DNA of 64,000 nt, from positions 490,230-554,229 of the forward strand of contig CAWEXO010000011.1 of the NCBI GenBank assembly GCA_963813025.1, read 5' to 3'. Source of the stretch: an uncultured Verrucomicrobiae bacterium. Its GTDB lineage: Bacteria > Verrucomicrobiota > Verrucomicrobiia > Chthoniobacterales > JAFAMB01. Every line of letters starts with the position of its first letter. Position 1 is the stretch's first letter. Below the pieces are notes generated by a model, which was not told where the DNA came from, made no database searches, and saw only the letters and a list, made by a program, of their open reading frames with translations. The translations under genes were made by a program, and so were the position numbers. Shown here piece by piece: positions 17,511 through 26,850 of this stretch.

Positions 17511-18641
17511 TTAGACGATGACAATGTCGATCCCTGGCAGCTCTCGAATGAGATCGTCGTGCAGAGCCCGACCGAAAGGCCAAAGGCGCTTTTTGCCAGG
17601 ACGCCCGAGCACCACGTGCGTGATGCCATATTCTTTGGCAAACGAGATCAAGGCGCGCGCGACGTCTTCGTTCTTTAGCGAAATGACAAGACCGCCCATC
17701 TTTTGCGCGGCCTCCAGCGTATCGGCTACACGCCGCTGCACCTCGGCGTCAATCTTCACCGCGGATTCCTGCGGAGTGCGTACGTAGACTGCGTACCACG
17801 CAGCATTGAGTTGGGCCGCCAGCCGGGCCGTCTTTCGGAGAAGACGGCCAGGATCCGGACCGCTGCTGCTGATGGCCACCATGACCTGGCCTAACGCGCT
17901 CGTCTTTGAATCCTGTTCTGACGTTTCTCGCTGTTTGCGGTCGAGCAGATTAGCAGTCTCGCTCAGGGTCATCTCGCGCAGACGTGTGAGATTTTTGCTG
18001 GTGAAGAAGTTGGCCAGGGCCAATTCGATTCGTTCCTTCGGATAGATCTTGCCGGCTTGCAGGCGTTCCTGCAGATCTTCGGCAGGCAGGTCAATGTTAA
18101 TGATCTGATCGGCCCGCGCGATCACTTCGTCCGGCACTCGTTCTTTGACCCTTACCCCGGTTGCTTCCTCGACAATGTTATAGAGGGACTCGAAATGCTG
18201 GACGTTTACCGTCGTGATGACACTGATGCCGGCTCGGAGCAGGTCTTCAACGTCCTCATACCTCTTACGGTTGCGGCTCTGCGGGGCATTGCTGTGGGCA
18301 AGTTCATCGACAAGCGCCACCGTCGGTTTGCGTTCAAGAACCGCATCCAGATCCATCTCGCGCACAACAATCCCGTGATACTGCGCCATTAACGGTGGGA
18401 CGATTTCCAAGTCGTTAATCTGCGCGATGGTTTCCGGGCGGTCATGCGGCTCAACATAGCCAATTACCACATCGACGCCCTGTCGCCTCAAGCGATTACC
18501 CTCTGCCAGCATCTGGTAGGTCTTACCAACACCGGCACACGGCCCGAGATAGACCTTTAGCTTTCCTAATTGCTGCCGGCGAATAATCGTCAAAAAATCG
18601 TCAGCCGTAGGTCTTAGATTCGGGGGGTCGACCGACGTCAT
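17511..18641 (-). CDS. kdpD: KdpD N-terminal sensor module only (KdpD domain + Usp domain; no TM or kinase domains)
   Basis: 376 aa. Motifs GKLKVYLGPCAGVGKTYQML, VVIGYVEPHDRPET, LVDELAHSN, TTVNVQHFESL, then a Usp-like C-terminus. The ORF ends with a stop and has no HisKA/HATPase. Confidence 0.85.
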   Translation of the reverse strand: MTSVDPPNLRPTADDFLTIIRRQQLGKLKVYLGPCAGVGKTYQMLAEGNRLRRQGVDVVIGYVEPHDRPETIAQINDLEIVPPLMAQYHGIVVREMDLDAVLERKPTVALVDELAHSNAPQSRNRKRYEDVEDLLRAGISVITTVNVQHFESLYNIVEEATGVRVKERVPDEVIARADQIINIDLPAEDLQERLQAGKIYPKERIELALANFFTSKNLTRLREMTLSETANLLDRKQRETSEQDSKTSALGQVMVAISSSGPDPGRLLRKTARLAAQLNAAWYAVYVRTPQESAVKIDAEVQRRVADTLEAAQKMGGLVISLKNEDVARALISFAKEYGITHVVLGRPGKKRLWPFGRALHDDLIRELPGIDIVIV

Positions 18642-18644
18642 ACG

Positions 18645-19256
18645 CTAAAGAGATTTTTGCGTTTTGTCGCTGGTCAGGCGGTCCAGAGCCAGATTGAGCT
18701 CCAGAACATTCACCCCCTCGTCACCACCCAGAAAGCCGAGCAAGGGGTGCCTGGTCGCGCGGACGATTTCAGCGTCAACCGCGGCCTGCTTCAGCCCACG
18801 TTCCTTGGTGACGCGCGGCGCCTGAAGCTTCGCATTGGCGGAACTGATGTCAGGATCGAGCCCGCTCCCTGAAGCCGTCACCGCATCAGCAGGTACGAGC
18901 GTCGAAGCGGACAATCCATTCTCTTTGCGATAGGCTTCGATATTGGCTTTGATCGTATCGACCAACTTTTGCGAAGTTGGCCCGAGGTTTGAGCCGCCCG
19001 AGTTTAGCACATCATAGGGATAAGTGCTGATGGCCGAGGGGCGCGGATGAAAATATTGTGGACCACTAAAGCCCTGCGCCAGCAATGCGGAACCGGCTAC
19101 CTGACCATTGTTATCCACGAGACTACCGTTGGCCTGCCGGGGAAAGAGGATTTGGCTTAGGCCCCAAATCAAGACCGGATAAATTCCGCTGACAACGATA
19201 CAAAGAATCACCGTCGCCAGGATTGAATTCTTCAGTTCTATTAGAAATGTTTTCAT
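18645..19256 (-). CDS. kdpC: potassium-transporting ATPase subunit C
   Basis: 203 aa. N-terminal TM helix. Motifs FHPRPSA, SGGSNLGPTS, ASGSGLDPDIS. Confidence 0.95.
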   Translation of the reverse strand: MKTFLIELKNSILATVILCIVVSGIYPVLIWGLSQILFPRQANGSLVDNNGQVAGSALLAQGFSGPQYFHPRPSAISTYPYDVLNSGGSNLGPTSQKLVDTIKANIEAYRKENGLSASTLVPADAVTASGSGLDPDISSANAKLQAPRVTKERGLKQAAVDAEIVRATRHPLLGFLGGDEGVNVLELNLALDRLTSDKTQKSL

Positions 19257-19275
19257 AATTCGGGCAAGATTTTGG

Positions 19276-21312
19276 TCAGGCCAAGTGCAAGGCGGTGATG
19301 ATCAGGTCGATCAGCTTGATCCCAATAAATGGCAGAATGATTCCTCCGGCGCCGTAAATAAGCAGGTTTCTTTGCAAAATCCTCGCGGCACCGAGCGGAC
19401 GAAACCGGACTCCTCGAAGAGCCAGGGGAATCAAGGCAATAATGATTAACGCATTGAAAATTACCGCGCTCAGAATCGCGCTTTGCGGGGATTTCAAGAA
19501 CATGATATTCAGCGGAGCGATCTGCGGAAAAGTGCCGACCAGCATGGCCGGAATGATCGCGAAATATTTTGCCACATCATTGGCGATGCTGAAGGTCGTG
19601 AGTGCTCCTCGAGTGATCAGTAACTGCTTTCCGATCTCGACGATCTCAATCAGCTTGGTCGGATTGGAATCGAGGTCGACCATGTTCCCTGCCTCCTTTG
19701 CCGCCTGGGTGCCGGTGTTCATTGCGACTCCCACGTCGGCTTGGGCCAGCGCCGGAGCATCGTTGGTGCCGTCTCCAGTCATCGCGACCAGGTGCCCAGC
19801 TTCCTGCTCCCGCCGGCAAAGAGCCAATTTGTTCTCGGGTTTGGCTTCGGCCAGGAAGTCGTCTACGCCGGCCTCTCGGGCAATCGCGGCCGCGGTTAGT
19901 GGGTTGTCGCCCGTAATCATCACCGTTCGGATGCCCATTGCGCGAAAACGTTCGAACCGGTCAGACAACCCACCTTTGACGATATCTTTGAGCTGAACAG
20001 TGCCGAGCACCCGCGCATTCGACGCGACGACCAGCGGCGTGCCACCGTTACCCGCGATCTTGTCGACGTCTTGTTGCACTTCCGCGGGCATTTTGCCTCC
20101 AACAAAATTTCGAACGGCCTCGGCCGAGCCTTTCCGTAAGCTCGTCCCGTCCAGATCAACTCCGCTCATTCTAGTCTGCGCGCTGAAAGGTATGAAAGTG
20201 GCCTTTGGCATCTCGCTTAGCTCGCGTTCGCGGATGCCAAAACTTTTTGCCAAAACAACGATGCTGCGACCTTCGGGCGTTTCGTCGGCCAGTGAAGCGA
20301 GTTGCGCGGCATCGGCCAAATCTCGTTCCGTCACCCTTGGCGCCGGTAAAAACGCGGTCGCCTGCCGGTTGCCAATTGTGATGGTGCCAGTCTTGTCGAG
20401 CAGTAAGACATCAACATCACCGGCCGCTTCCACAGAACGGCCGCTCATCGCCAGGACGTTCTTCTGCACAAGTCGATCGATTCCCGCAATTCCTATTGCG
20501 CTAAGCAGTCCGCCGATCGTGGTGGGAATCAAGCAGACCAGCAGCGCCACCAAGACCGGAATGGTAAAGTCTACCTTGGTCGAGCTATCGAAAGCTGAGT
20601 AAGAGTTGCCAAAAGCTTTCAGCGACATCATCGCGATCAAAAAGATCAGCGTGAGCGCCGATAATAGAATAGTCAGGGCGATCTCATTCGGCGTCTTCTG
20701 TCGCACCGCCCCTTCTACCAACCGAATCATGCGATCCAGAAAGGTTTCTCCGGGGTTTGAGGTTATCAGGACCTTGATCTGATCAGACAACACCTTGGTA
20801 CCGCCCGTGACCGCGCTCCGGTCGCCTCCCGATTCCCGGATGACCGGCGCAGATTCCCCGGTGATGGCCGATTCGTCAACCGTCGCGGCGCCCTCGATTA
20901 CTTCACCGTCGCCGGGAATAAGTTCGCCGGCCGCGACGACTACCAGGTCGCCCTTCCGCAATTGCTCCGCCTGTACTTGCTCAACCGTGCCGTTGGCCTT
21001 CAACCGGTTCCCAAAACTTTGCGTCCGGGTCGCCCGCAAAGCCTTGGCCTGGGCTTTACCACGGCCTTCGGCCATGGCCTCGGCGAAATTCGCGAATAAG
21101 ACAGTGAACCAAAGCCAGAGCGCAATCTGGAGTTGGAACCCGAAATGATCACGATGGTAAAAGAGCAGAACTGTCGTGATCGCCGCCCCAACTTCGGTCA
21201 CAAACATAACCGGATTCTTGGCCATGGTGATCGGATTGAGCTTTTTAAAAGATTCCATGATTGCCGGACCGATGATGGCCGGATCAAAGATCGAATGGGA
21301 TTTCGCTGCCAT
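19276..21312 (-). CDS. kdpB: potassium-transporting P-type ATPase subunit B
   Basis: 678 aa. Motifs [27 protein letters not shown] are P-type ATPase hallmarks. Confidence 0.97.
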   Translation of the reverse strand: MAAKSHSIFDPAIIGPAIMESFKKLNPITMAKNPVMFVTEVGAAITTVLLFYHRDHFGFQLQIALWLWFTVLFANFAEAMAEGRGKAQAKALRATRTQSFGNRLKANGTVEQVQAEQLRKGDLVVVAAGELIPGDGEVIEGAATVDESAITGESAPVIRESGGDRSAVTGGTKVLSDQIKVLITSNPGETFLDRMIRLVEGAVRQKTPNEIALTILLSALTLIFLIAMMSLKAFGNSYSAFDSSTKVDFTIPVLVALLVCLIPTTIGGLLSAIGIAGIDRLVQKNVLAMSGRSVEAAGDVDVLLLDKTGTITIGNRQATAFLPAPRVTERDLADAAQLASLADETPEGRSIVVLAKSFGIRERELSEMPKATFIPFSAQTRMSGVDLDGTSLRKGSAEAVRNFVGGKMPAEVQQDVDKIAGNGGTPLVVASNARVLGTVQLKDIVKGGLSDRFERFRAMGIRTVMITGDNPLTAAAIAREAGVDDFLAEAKPENKLALCRREQEAGHLVAMTGDGTNDAPALAQADVGVAMNTGTQAAKEAGNMVDLDSNPTKLIEIVEIGKQLLITRGALTTFSIANDVAKYFAIIPAMLVGTFPQIAPLNIMFLKSPQSAILSAVIFNALIIIALIPLALRGVRFRPLGAARILQRNLLIYGAGGIILPFIGIKLIDLIITALHLA

Positions 21313-21383
21313 GATAGTTGTTCTTAGAATTACTTGCTAAGCAGAATTTGATTGGATTTTCTCTTTGCTGCCCCCAACCTTCG

Positions 21384-23204
21384 TTAGAAGAGTTTTCCGC
21401 TCTGCATGAGGAAATGTTCCAGGATCGGCGTCATGGTTAGAGCAGGAAGAAAGGTCAGCGCTCCGACCAGCAGGATGGTGCCGATGACCAGCACGCCGAA
21501 CAGGGTTCCCGTCACCGGGAAGGTTCCGGCGCTGGTCGCTACTAACTTCTTTCGTCCGAGTGAACCGGCCAAAGCCATGACCGGGATAAGCATACCAAAA
21601 CGCCCAATCATGGTTGCCAGCCCAAGAGTTATATTGTAATGCCGATCTCCGTTTGAAGGATTACCGGTTAGGCCGGCAAAGGCGCTCCCATTGTTTCCGG
21701 TGCAGGAGCTAAACGCATAAAAGATCTCAGCCAGGCCGTGTGGGCCCGAGTTATTGATTCCCGCCTGACCCCACGGAGTCAGCGCCGCCCATCCGGAAAA
21801 ACCCAGGATCGAGAACGCCATTAGCAAAATAGCGATCGAGGCTAGTTTAACGTCATACGACTCGATCTTCTTGCCCAGGTATTCGGGCGTCCTCCCCACC
21901 ATCAGCCCCGCGATGAATACCGCAAGAATTACAAATATCAGCATGCCATAAAGCCCGGAACCAACCCCCCCGAAGATGATCTCTCCGAGCTGGATGTTGA
22001 AGAGCGGAACAAATCCACCTAATGGGGTAAAGGAGTCGTGCATCGAGTTAACCGCGCCGCAGGAGGCGTCTGTCGTGATGGTGGCGAAGAGTGCCGAGTC
22101 GGTGATTCCGAAGCGAACTTCCTTGCCCTCCATGTTGCCGGTGCGCGGATCGACTCCCAATTGGTTCACGATCGGGTTCCCATGAGCTTCAGCGTTCCAA
22201 CAGATCAGAAATCCGCAAACGAAGAGGACGGCCATCACAGCCCAGATCGTCCAACCATGCCTTTGGTTTTTTACTGCGCGACCGAAATACCAGGTCAGCG
22301 CGCTGGGTATCGCGAAGATCGAGAGCATTTGCACAAGATTGGATAGCGGCGTCGGATTCTCGAAAGGATGCGCCGCGTTGGCATTCGTATAACCGCCGCC
22401 GTTTGTGCCTAGCATTTTGATCGCTACCTGAGATGCAATAGGCCCTTCGACAATCGTCTGAGTATCGACCTTCTGATCGGTCATTACCGGATTGCCCTTT
22501 TCATCTTTCACCGGGTTGCCCGACGCATCCTTTTTCGGCACCTGCACGGTTTGCGCCTCTACCACCTTCGTTGTGTCGTATGCCTTGAAGTTTTGTGGTA
22601 TACCTTGCGAGACGAGAAACAGTGCATAAATGACGCAGATCGGCAGGAGCAAATAGTAGATCAGCCGAACCATATCGACCCAAAAGTTACCGATGGTGTT
22701 AACCGTGTGACGGGCGATCCCCCGCACCAGCGCGGCCGCCACCGCAATTCCCATCGCTGCCGAGAAGAAATTGTGCGAGGCCAGAGCAAGCATCTGCGAC
22801 AGATAACTCATCGTGGTCTCGCCACCGTAATTCTGCCAGTTCGTGTTGGTCACGAAACTCAGGGCGGTGTTAAACGCCAGAGGTTCACTTACCGGACTCT
22901 GCCCCTGGGGATTTAATGGCAGAACGTTTTGCCAACGGAGCACCAGGTAAGTGAGGATGGTACTGACCAAGCCGAAACCCAATAGTGCTATTGTGTACTG
23001 AATCCAGCCTTGCTCTTTCTGGGGATCGATCCCGAGAAGCCGATAAGTCAGCCGCTCGAGTGGCCGCAGCACTGGGTCAAGAAATGTCTTGCCGTTCGCA
23101 TCGAGCACCCGACAGAGATACACACCGAGCGGTTTGGTGATTAACAAGAGAACTCCAATATACAACCCGAGTTCCAGCCATCCTTTAATATTCATAACAG
23201 TCAC
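21384..23204 (-). CDS. kdpA: potassium-transporting ATPase subunit A
   Basis: 606 aa polytopic protein with KdpA selectivity-filter-like motifs (NTNWQNYGGE, LGTNGGG, NNGSAFAG). Confidence 0.97.
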   Translation of the reverse strand: MTVMNIKGWLELGLYIGVLLLITKPLGVYLCRVLDANGKTFLDPVLRPLERLTYRLLGIDPQKEQGWIQYTIALLGFGLVSTILTYLVLRWQNVLPLNPQGQSPVSEPLAFNTALSFVTNTNWQNYGGETTMSYLSQMLALASHNFFSAAMGIAVAAALVRGIARHTVNTIGNFWVDMVRLIYYLLLPICVIYALFLVSQGIPQNFKAYDTTKVVEAQTVQVPKKDASGNPVKDEKGNPVMTDQKVDTQTIVEGPIASQVAIKMLGTNGGGYTNANAAHPFENPTPLSNLVQMLSIFAIPSALTWYFGRAVKNQRHGWTIWAVMAVLFVCGFLICWNAEAHGNPIVNQLGVDPRTGNMEGKEVRFGITDSALFATITTDASCGAVNSMHDSFTPLGGFVPLFNIQLGEIIFGGVGSGLYGMLIFVILAVFIAGLMVGRTPEYLGKKIESYDVKLASIAILLMAFSILGFSGWAALTPWGQAGINNSGPHGLAEIFYAFSSCTGNNGSAFAGLTGNPSNGDRHYNITLGLATMIGRFGMLIPVMALAGSLGRKKLVATSAGTFPVTGTLFGVLVIGTILLVGALTFLPALTMTPILEHFLMQSGKLF

Positions 23205-23228
23205 AGTTCCGTTTCCCTATTGGAGTCC

Positions 23229-23312
23229 CTAGAATTTCTCCGGACGGAGCATTGAATACAGCAGGTAGATGATTAAACAAACAGAGATGAGGCCGACCAC
23301 AATATCGTCCAT
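23229..23312 (-). CDS. kdpF: potassium-transporting ATPase subunit F
   Basis: Not in the ORF track (27 aa): MDDIVVGLISVCLIIYLLYSMLRPEKF. One TM helix and the typical LLRPEKF-type C-terminus. It lies 24 nt upstream of kdpA. Confidence 0.8.
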   Translation of the reverse strand: MDDIVVGLISVCLIIYLLYSMLRPEKF

Positions 23313-23328
23313 AGTTTTTGTGTCAAAA

Positions 23329-23412
23329 TTAAATCTTGCTGCAGAACTGAGTGAAAAAGGTCAGTACAACGAAACATCCGATAATCATTCCGAGATAAAC
23401 AACGTCAGCCAT
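23329..23412 (-). CDS. second small hydrophobic peptide upstream of kdpF (27 aa)
   Basis: Translation MADVVYLGMIIGCFVVLTFFTQFCSKI, a single predicted TM helix. It sits in the 111-nt gap between the response-regulator stop (23424) and kdpF. No homology judgement is possible by eye. Confidence 0.35.
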   Translation of the reverse strand: MADVVYLGMIIGCFVVLTFFTQFCSKI

Positions 23413-23423
23413 AAAGTTAGTTC

Positions 23424-24110
23424 TTAGTTATGTTGTCCCAGGTTCATCGGTTCCTCACTGGATCCGAAATTGAAGAGCTCAAAAATCCGACGCATATTTT
23501 GCTGAGCAGGCTCAAATCGCTTGTTGACGCGGATTGCCTGGCCATAACAACGCTTGGCCCGATCGTAGTCCCCCATCACCTCCGCCAGTACACCTGCCAG
23601 ATTAAATGCTTCCGCCGAGCGGCCATCTAATTCCAGTGCGCGCGTCACATGCTTCTGTGCTTCGCTAAAGCGGCGCAAATTGATGAGGCGCTTGGCCGAA
23701 CGAATGTGGCTCGCGAAAGTATCTACCTCGATTACCTCCGGCGGTTCTTCGTGCCGGTTGAGCACTTCCCAAACGATCGTCCGGAGTTCTTCTGGTCGGA
23801 GAGGTTTCTGCAGAAAGTCGATGGCGCCGAGCTTCATCGCTTTCACCGCGTTAGGTACGTCGCTGTAAGCCGTGATAATCACGGAGGGCGTGGGAATCTG
23901 CTCATCGCGCATTTTGGAAAGCAGCTCCAATCCATCCATACCGGGCATCCGCAAGTCCAGAATGGCCAAGTCGGCCGGCTGCTTCTGGAGGTGCTGGAGA
24001 GCTTCTTCGGCGGTCGCCGATTCTTCAACCAAATAACCCTCCGTTTCGAGGGCGACTCGATAGATCAGGCGCACATTCGGCTCGTCATCGACAATTAGAA
24101 TCCGTTTCAT
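23424..24110 (-). CDS. response regulator, REC domain + C-terminal TPR-like domain (no DNA-binding domain)
   Basis: 228 aa. REC motifs ILIVDDEP, LAILDLRMPGMDG, and KAMKLGAIDFLQKP. The C-terminal helical repeats (AEAFNLAGVLAEVMGDYDRAKRCYGQAIRVN) are TPR-like. Confidence 0.85.
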   Translation of the reverse strand: MKRILIVDDEPNVRLIYRVALETEGYLVEESATAEEALQHLQKQPADLAILDLRMPGMDGLELLSKMRDEQIPTPSVIITAYSDVPNAVKAMKLGAIDFLQKPLRPEELRTIVWEVLNRHEEPPEVIEVDTFASHIRSAKRLINLRRFSEAQKHVTRALELDGRSAEAFNLAGVLAEVMGDYDRAKRCYGQAIRVNKRFEPAQQNMRRIFELFNFGSSEEPMNLGQHN

Positions 24111-25912
24111 GTCTTACTTCCGCTGACTGGTGGTAGATCGAAATAGAACTCGCTCCCTTGTCCCGGTTTACTTTTCAGACCAACTTCACCGCCCAGCGAA
24201 TTGATGATCTCTCGGACAATTGCTAAACCAAGCCCGGCTCCCGTCTTTTCCGACCCAGGAATTCTGAAAAACCGCTCGAAGAGCCGGGACTGATATTCCG
24301 AGGGTATGCCCGGGCCCTGGTCGATTACCGAAAAGCGAACACGATCGCCGATCCGTTTTGCTTCGACCAGGATTTCCGTTCCCGGTTTAGAATGCTTGGC
24401 GGCGTTCGAAATAAGGTTCGAAAAAACGTGATGAATCTGCCCCGCGTCAACTGCCACCAAAGGTAATCCCGGTTCGGTGCGAAGCCCCAAACGGCAGCCA
24501 TGCGATTCCACCATCGGCGCAAAATCCTCGACGGCCGCCGCCACCAATGTTTTGGGATAGAGCTGTTCAATCGCGTTCCTCGCTTTGCCGGACTCTAGCC
24601 GAGCCAGATCCAGCAAATCATTGATCATTTGGACCAGGCGCTCCGAGTCTTCCCGAGCCGCCAGCAATAGCTCCGTTTGTTTAGTGGTGAGCGAACCGAT
24701 TCGCTCTTCGAGCAGGAGATGTAAACCCATCCGAATGCTGGTAAGCGGGGTTTTCAACTCATGGCTAACGGTCGATACCAGGTTCGTTTTAACCTCGTCC
24801 ATGAGCCGAAACCGGGTGACATCCTGGAGAATGGCAGCGGCTCCAAAAAGATTGCCGCTTTCATCTCGCATGCCGATGACCCGTGGGAGCAGAAAACTCT
24901 CGTGTTCATCCAATCGGATCGGAATAACATTCTCGAAAGAAGTAGGAACTAGATCGGCTCCGCCAGCCAGCACCCGCTTGACTTCGGAGGTCAGATTCCC
25001 TGGCAGGTTAACGTCAGTGCCCAATTTGCTGCGCAGACGTTCCGCCGCCGGATTGGCAAAACTGATTTTACCTTCAATGGAAAAGCCGAAAATTGCGTCA
25101 GGGAATGCTGACAACGTGATCTCGGTCATCTGCCGCGCTTGCACGATCTGATCGGAAGCTACGCGGCGATAAGCCCGCAACTTGGCCGCCATGCGGTTGA
25201 AGGCGGTCGCTAAGTCTCCGAGCTCATCCTTGGACTGAACGGTGACAACCTGATCTAAATTACCCTCACCAAGGTCCCGAGTCACCGTGGTCAACTCGTG
25301 AATTGGCCGCAGGATTGCTTTTTGCAGACGGGAAGCAAAAAACAGGGAGGCGGCAATTCCGGCGAGTACGACCAGGAACATGTATCGGATTGATTGCTCG
25401 CTGACTGCAAGCGCCTCGCGATTGGCAGCCAGCATGTTTTCTTCGTTAATCCGGATGATTTCCTGGGCGGTGTCTTTAATGTCCGTTGCGAGCGGCAGGA
25501 GCGAGTTGAAATAAATGATTTTGCGCTTTTCCAGGTTGGGTTCTTGAAAGAACTGAACTACCGCCTGCGTATATTGCCCGAAGAGCACTTGCGTATGCTC
25601 GGCCAGCTTGCCTTCTCCCGGCAGAGTGATGTTCCTCAATTCGAGATCGAGCGCTTCTTTAAACAAAGAGCGGTTTTGATCATACATCTCTCGACCGCGT
25701 GCTTCTTCACCGACGAGAGAAAAGAAGGCGCCCGAGTCCATGCGCTCGAGCGTTTCTTTCATTTTCTGACCGGCAATAACGCTCTGATAATTTTCGCGGA
25801 GAATAACGTCGATCTTCCCGCCCAGACTATGGAAGAGAATCATGGCGTAGCCACCCATCCCGGCGAAGAGCACGAGCATGGGCAGCAGCCAAATAATGAT
25901 CCGCTTTTTCAT
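24107..25912 (-). CDS. membrane sensor histidine kinase (periplasmic helical sensor-HAMP-PAS-HisKA-HATPase_c)
   Basis: 601 aa. Two TM segments, a HAMP region (PIHELTTVTRDLGEGNLD), the H-box SHELKTPLTSI, and the N/G boxes SNLISNAAKHS and GAGLGLAIVREI. Its stop overlaps the regulator start by 4 nt. Confidence 0.9.
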   Translation of the reverse strand: MKKRIIIWLLPMLVLFAGMGGYAMILFHSLGGKIDVILRENYQSVIAGQKMKETLERMDSGAFFSLVGEEARGREMYDQNRSLFKEALDLELRNITLPGEGKLAEHTQVLFGQYTQAVVQFFQEPNLEKRKIIYFNSLLPLATDIKDTAQEIIRINEENMLAANREALAVSEQSIRYMFLVVLAGIAASLFFASRLQKAILRPIHELTTVTRDLGEGNLDQVVTVQSKDELGDLATAFNRMAAKLRAYRRVASDQIVQARQMTEITLSAFPDAIFGFSIEGKISFANPAAERLRSKLGTDVNLPGNLTSEVKRVLAGGADLVPTSFENVIPIRLDEHESFLLPRVIGMRDESGNLFGAAAILQDVTRFRLMDEVKTNLVSTVSHELKTPLTSIRMGLHLLLEERIGSLTTKQTELLLAAREDSERLVQMINDLLDLARLESGKARNAIEQLYPKTLVAAAVEDFAPMVESHGCRLGLRTEPGLPLVAVDAGQIHHVFSNLISNAAKHSKPGTEILVEAKRIGDRVRFSVIDQGPGIPSEYQSRLFERFFRIPGSEKTGAGLGLAIVREIINSLGGEVGLKSKPGQGSEFYFDLPPVSGSKT

Positions 25913-26220
25913 GAAATACGCGACAGACCCGATCTGTTAGCCGGTCGCGTGCCAAGCGGCCACTGTGGGGGGTGCCCCCCCTCGGGGAGGCCTGTTCGAA
26001 GAATGTTGAATCGATGGCGCGTAACTCGCGTTTTGCGATTAAACGCGCGTTTGGCACTCGCAGAACGCGAGTTTGTCCGACAACGTCGTTCAACATCCGG
26101 ATCTAGCGGGGAGATTCTGCCAGTTCACCGCGTGTCGGAGTGCATGCGACCCCCTTCGCTATCGCTCGGCTCTGGCGCGGCAGGCCTTGTTGCCGCTTTA
26201 CGAGCCGCGCGGGCAGCACA

Positions 26221-26335
26221 GACGGCCTCCGTTCCGCTCACTGAGCGAGGTTCGAAGCGTTTCCAAACGTGACCTGTCCCTTAGAGCGTCCTCAAACGCG
26301 ACCTGTCCCTACAATGCGACAGAGGCGACAGGTCC
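26221..26335. repeat. cluster of GGGGACAGGTC-family repeats, including an inverted copy of the 73-nt unit
   Basis: GACCTGTCCC at 26271-26280 and 26300-26309. GACAGGTCC at 26327-26335. Region 26221-26283 is a diverged reverse-complement copy of the 73-nt unit at 28953-29025. Confidence 0.8.
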
Positions 26336-26373
26336 GTTTGCAGCGGCTCGGGGACGGCGCCTGCTGGTCTTAA

Positions 26374-26643
26374 TTAAGTCCCGAATCGCGCCAGGGCGCG
26401 CGCTTTCGCTTTAGCCGCCTGCTCGTCGCGATTTCTGGGTGGGGCGTTCGTCTCCAACGAACGCAGATAACGCGCCGAAGCGTCCGCTATTTCGTTGATG
26501 GCCGTGAGGAACGCGGCTTCGTTCATCTTGGAGGGTTTACTAAAACCGCTGATTTTTCTGACGAACTGCAGCGACGACGCCCGGATCTCCTCGTCAGTGA
26601 CGGGCGGATCGAAGTTATAGAGGGTCTTAATATTTCTGCACAT
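26374..26643 (-). CDS. DUF2277 domain-containing protein
   Basis: Start at MCRNIKTLYNFDPPVTDEEIRASSLQFVRKISG (ATG 26643), the characteristic DUF2277 N-terminus. Confidence 0.75.
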   Translation of the reverse strand: MCRNIKTLYNFDPPVTDEEIRASSLQFVRKISGFSKPSKMNEAAFLTAINEIADASARYLRSLETNAPPRNRDEQAAKAKARALARFGT

Positions 26644-26719
26644 ACAAATCTTGAGCACTTACGCATTCGCCCCTCTGGTTTACAACCACAGGAGGGCGTG
26701 TCGTGGAGACGACATGAGT

Positions 26720-26751
26720 TGGCAGGTTCGGCCCGAAGGCCGAACCTGCCA
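26720..26751. terminator. perfect 14-bp GC-rich hairpin between convergently ending/starting genes
   Basis: The arm tggcaggttcggcc, loop cgaa, and arm ggccgaacctgcca. It lies about 100 nt downstream of the 26851 stop. There is no clear U-tract, so a terminator role is tentative. Confidence 0.4.
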
Positions 26752-26850
26752 TATGAATAAGAAAATCCTCGAGACCGAATCGGCTGAGGTAACAGCGCGA
26801 TTCATTCAATCGGCGGTTCGATCGCAACACCACAAGGATTTTTATTGAAA

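Noticed and set aside
25913-26373. Riboswitch (for example the c-di-AMP/ydaO class) or another leader upstream of the kdp-associated genes
   Set aside because: I could not recognise the conserved ydaO core elements on the minus strand. The region is instead occupied by members of the dispersed repeat family. A covariance-model scan would be needed to be certain.
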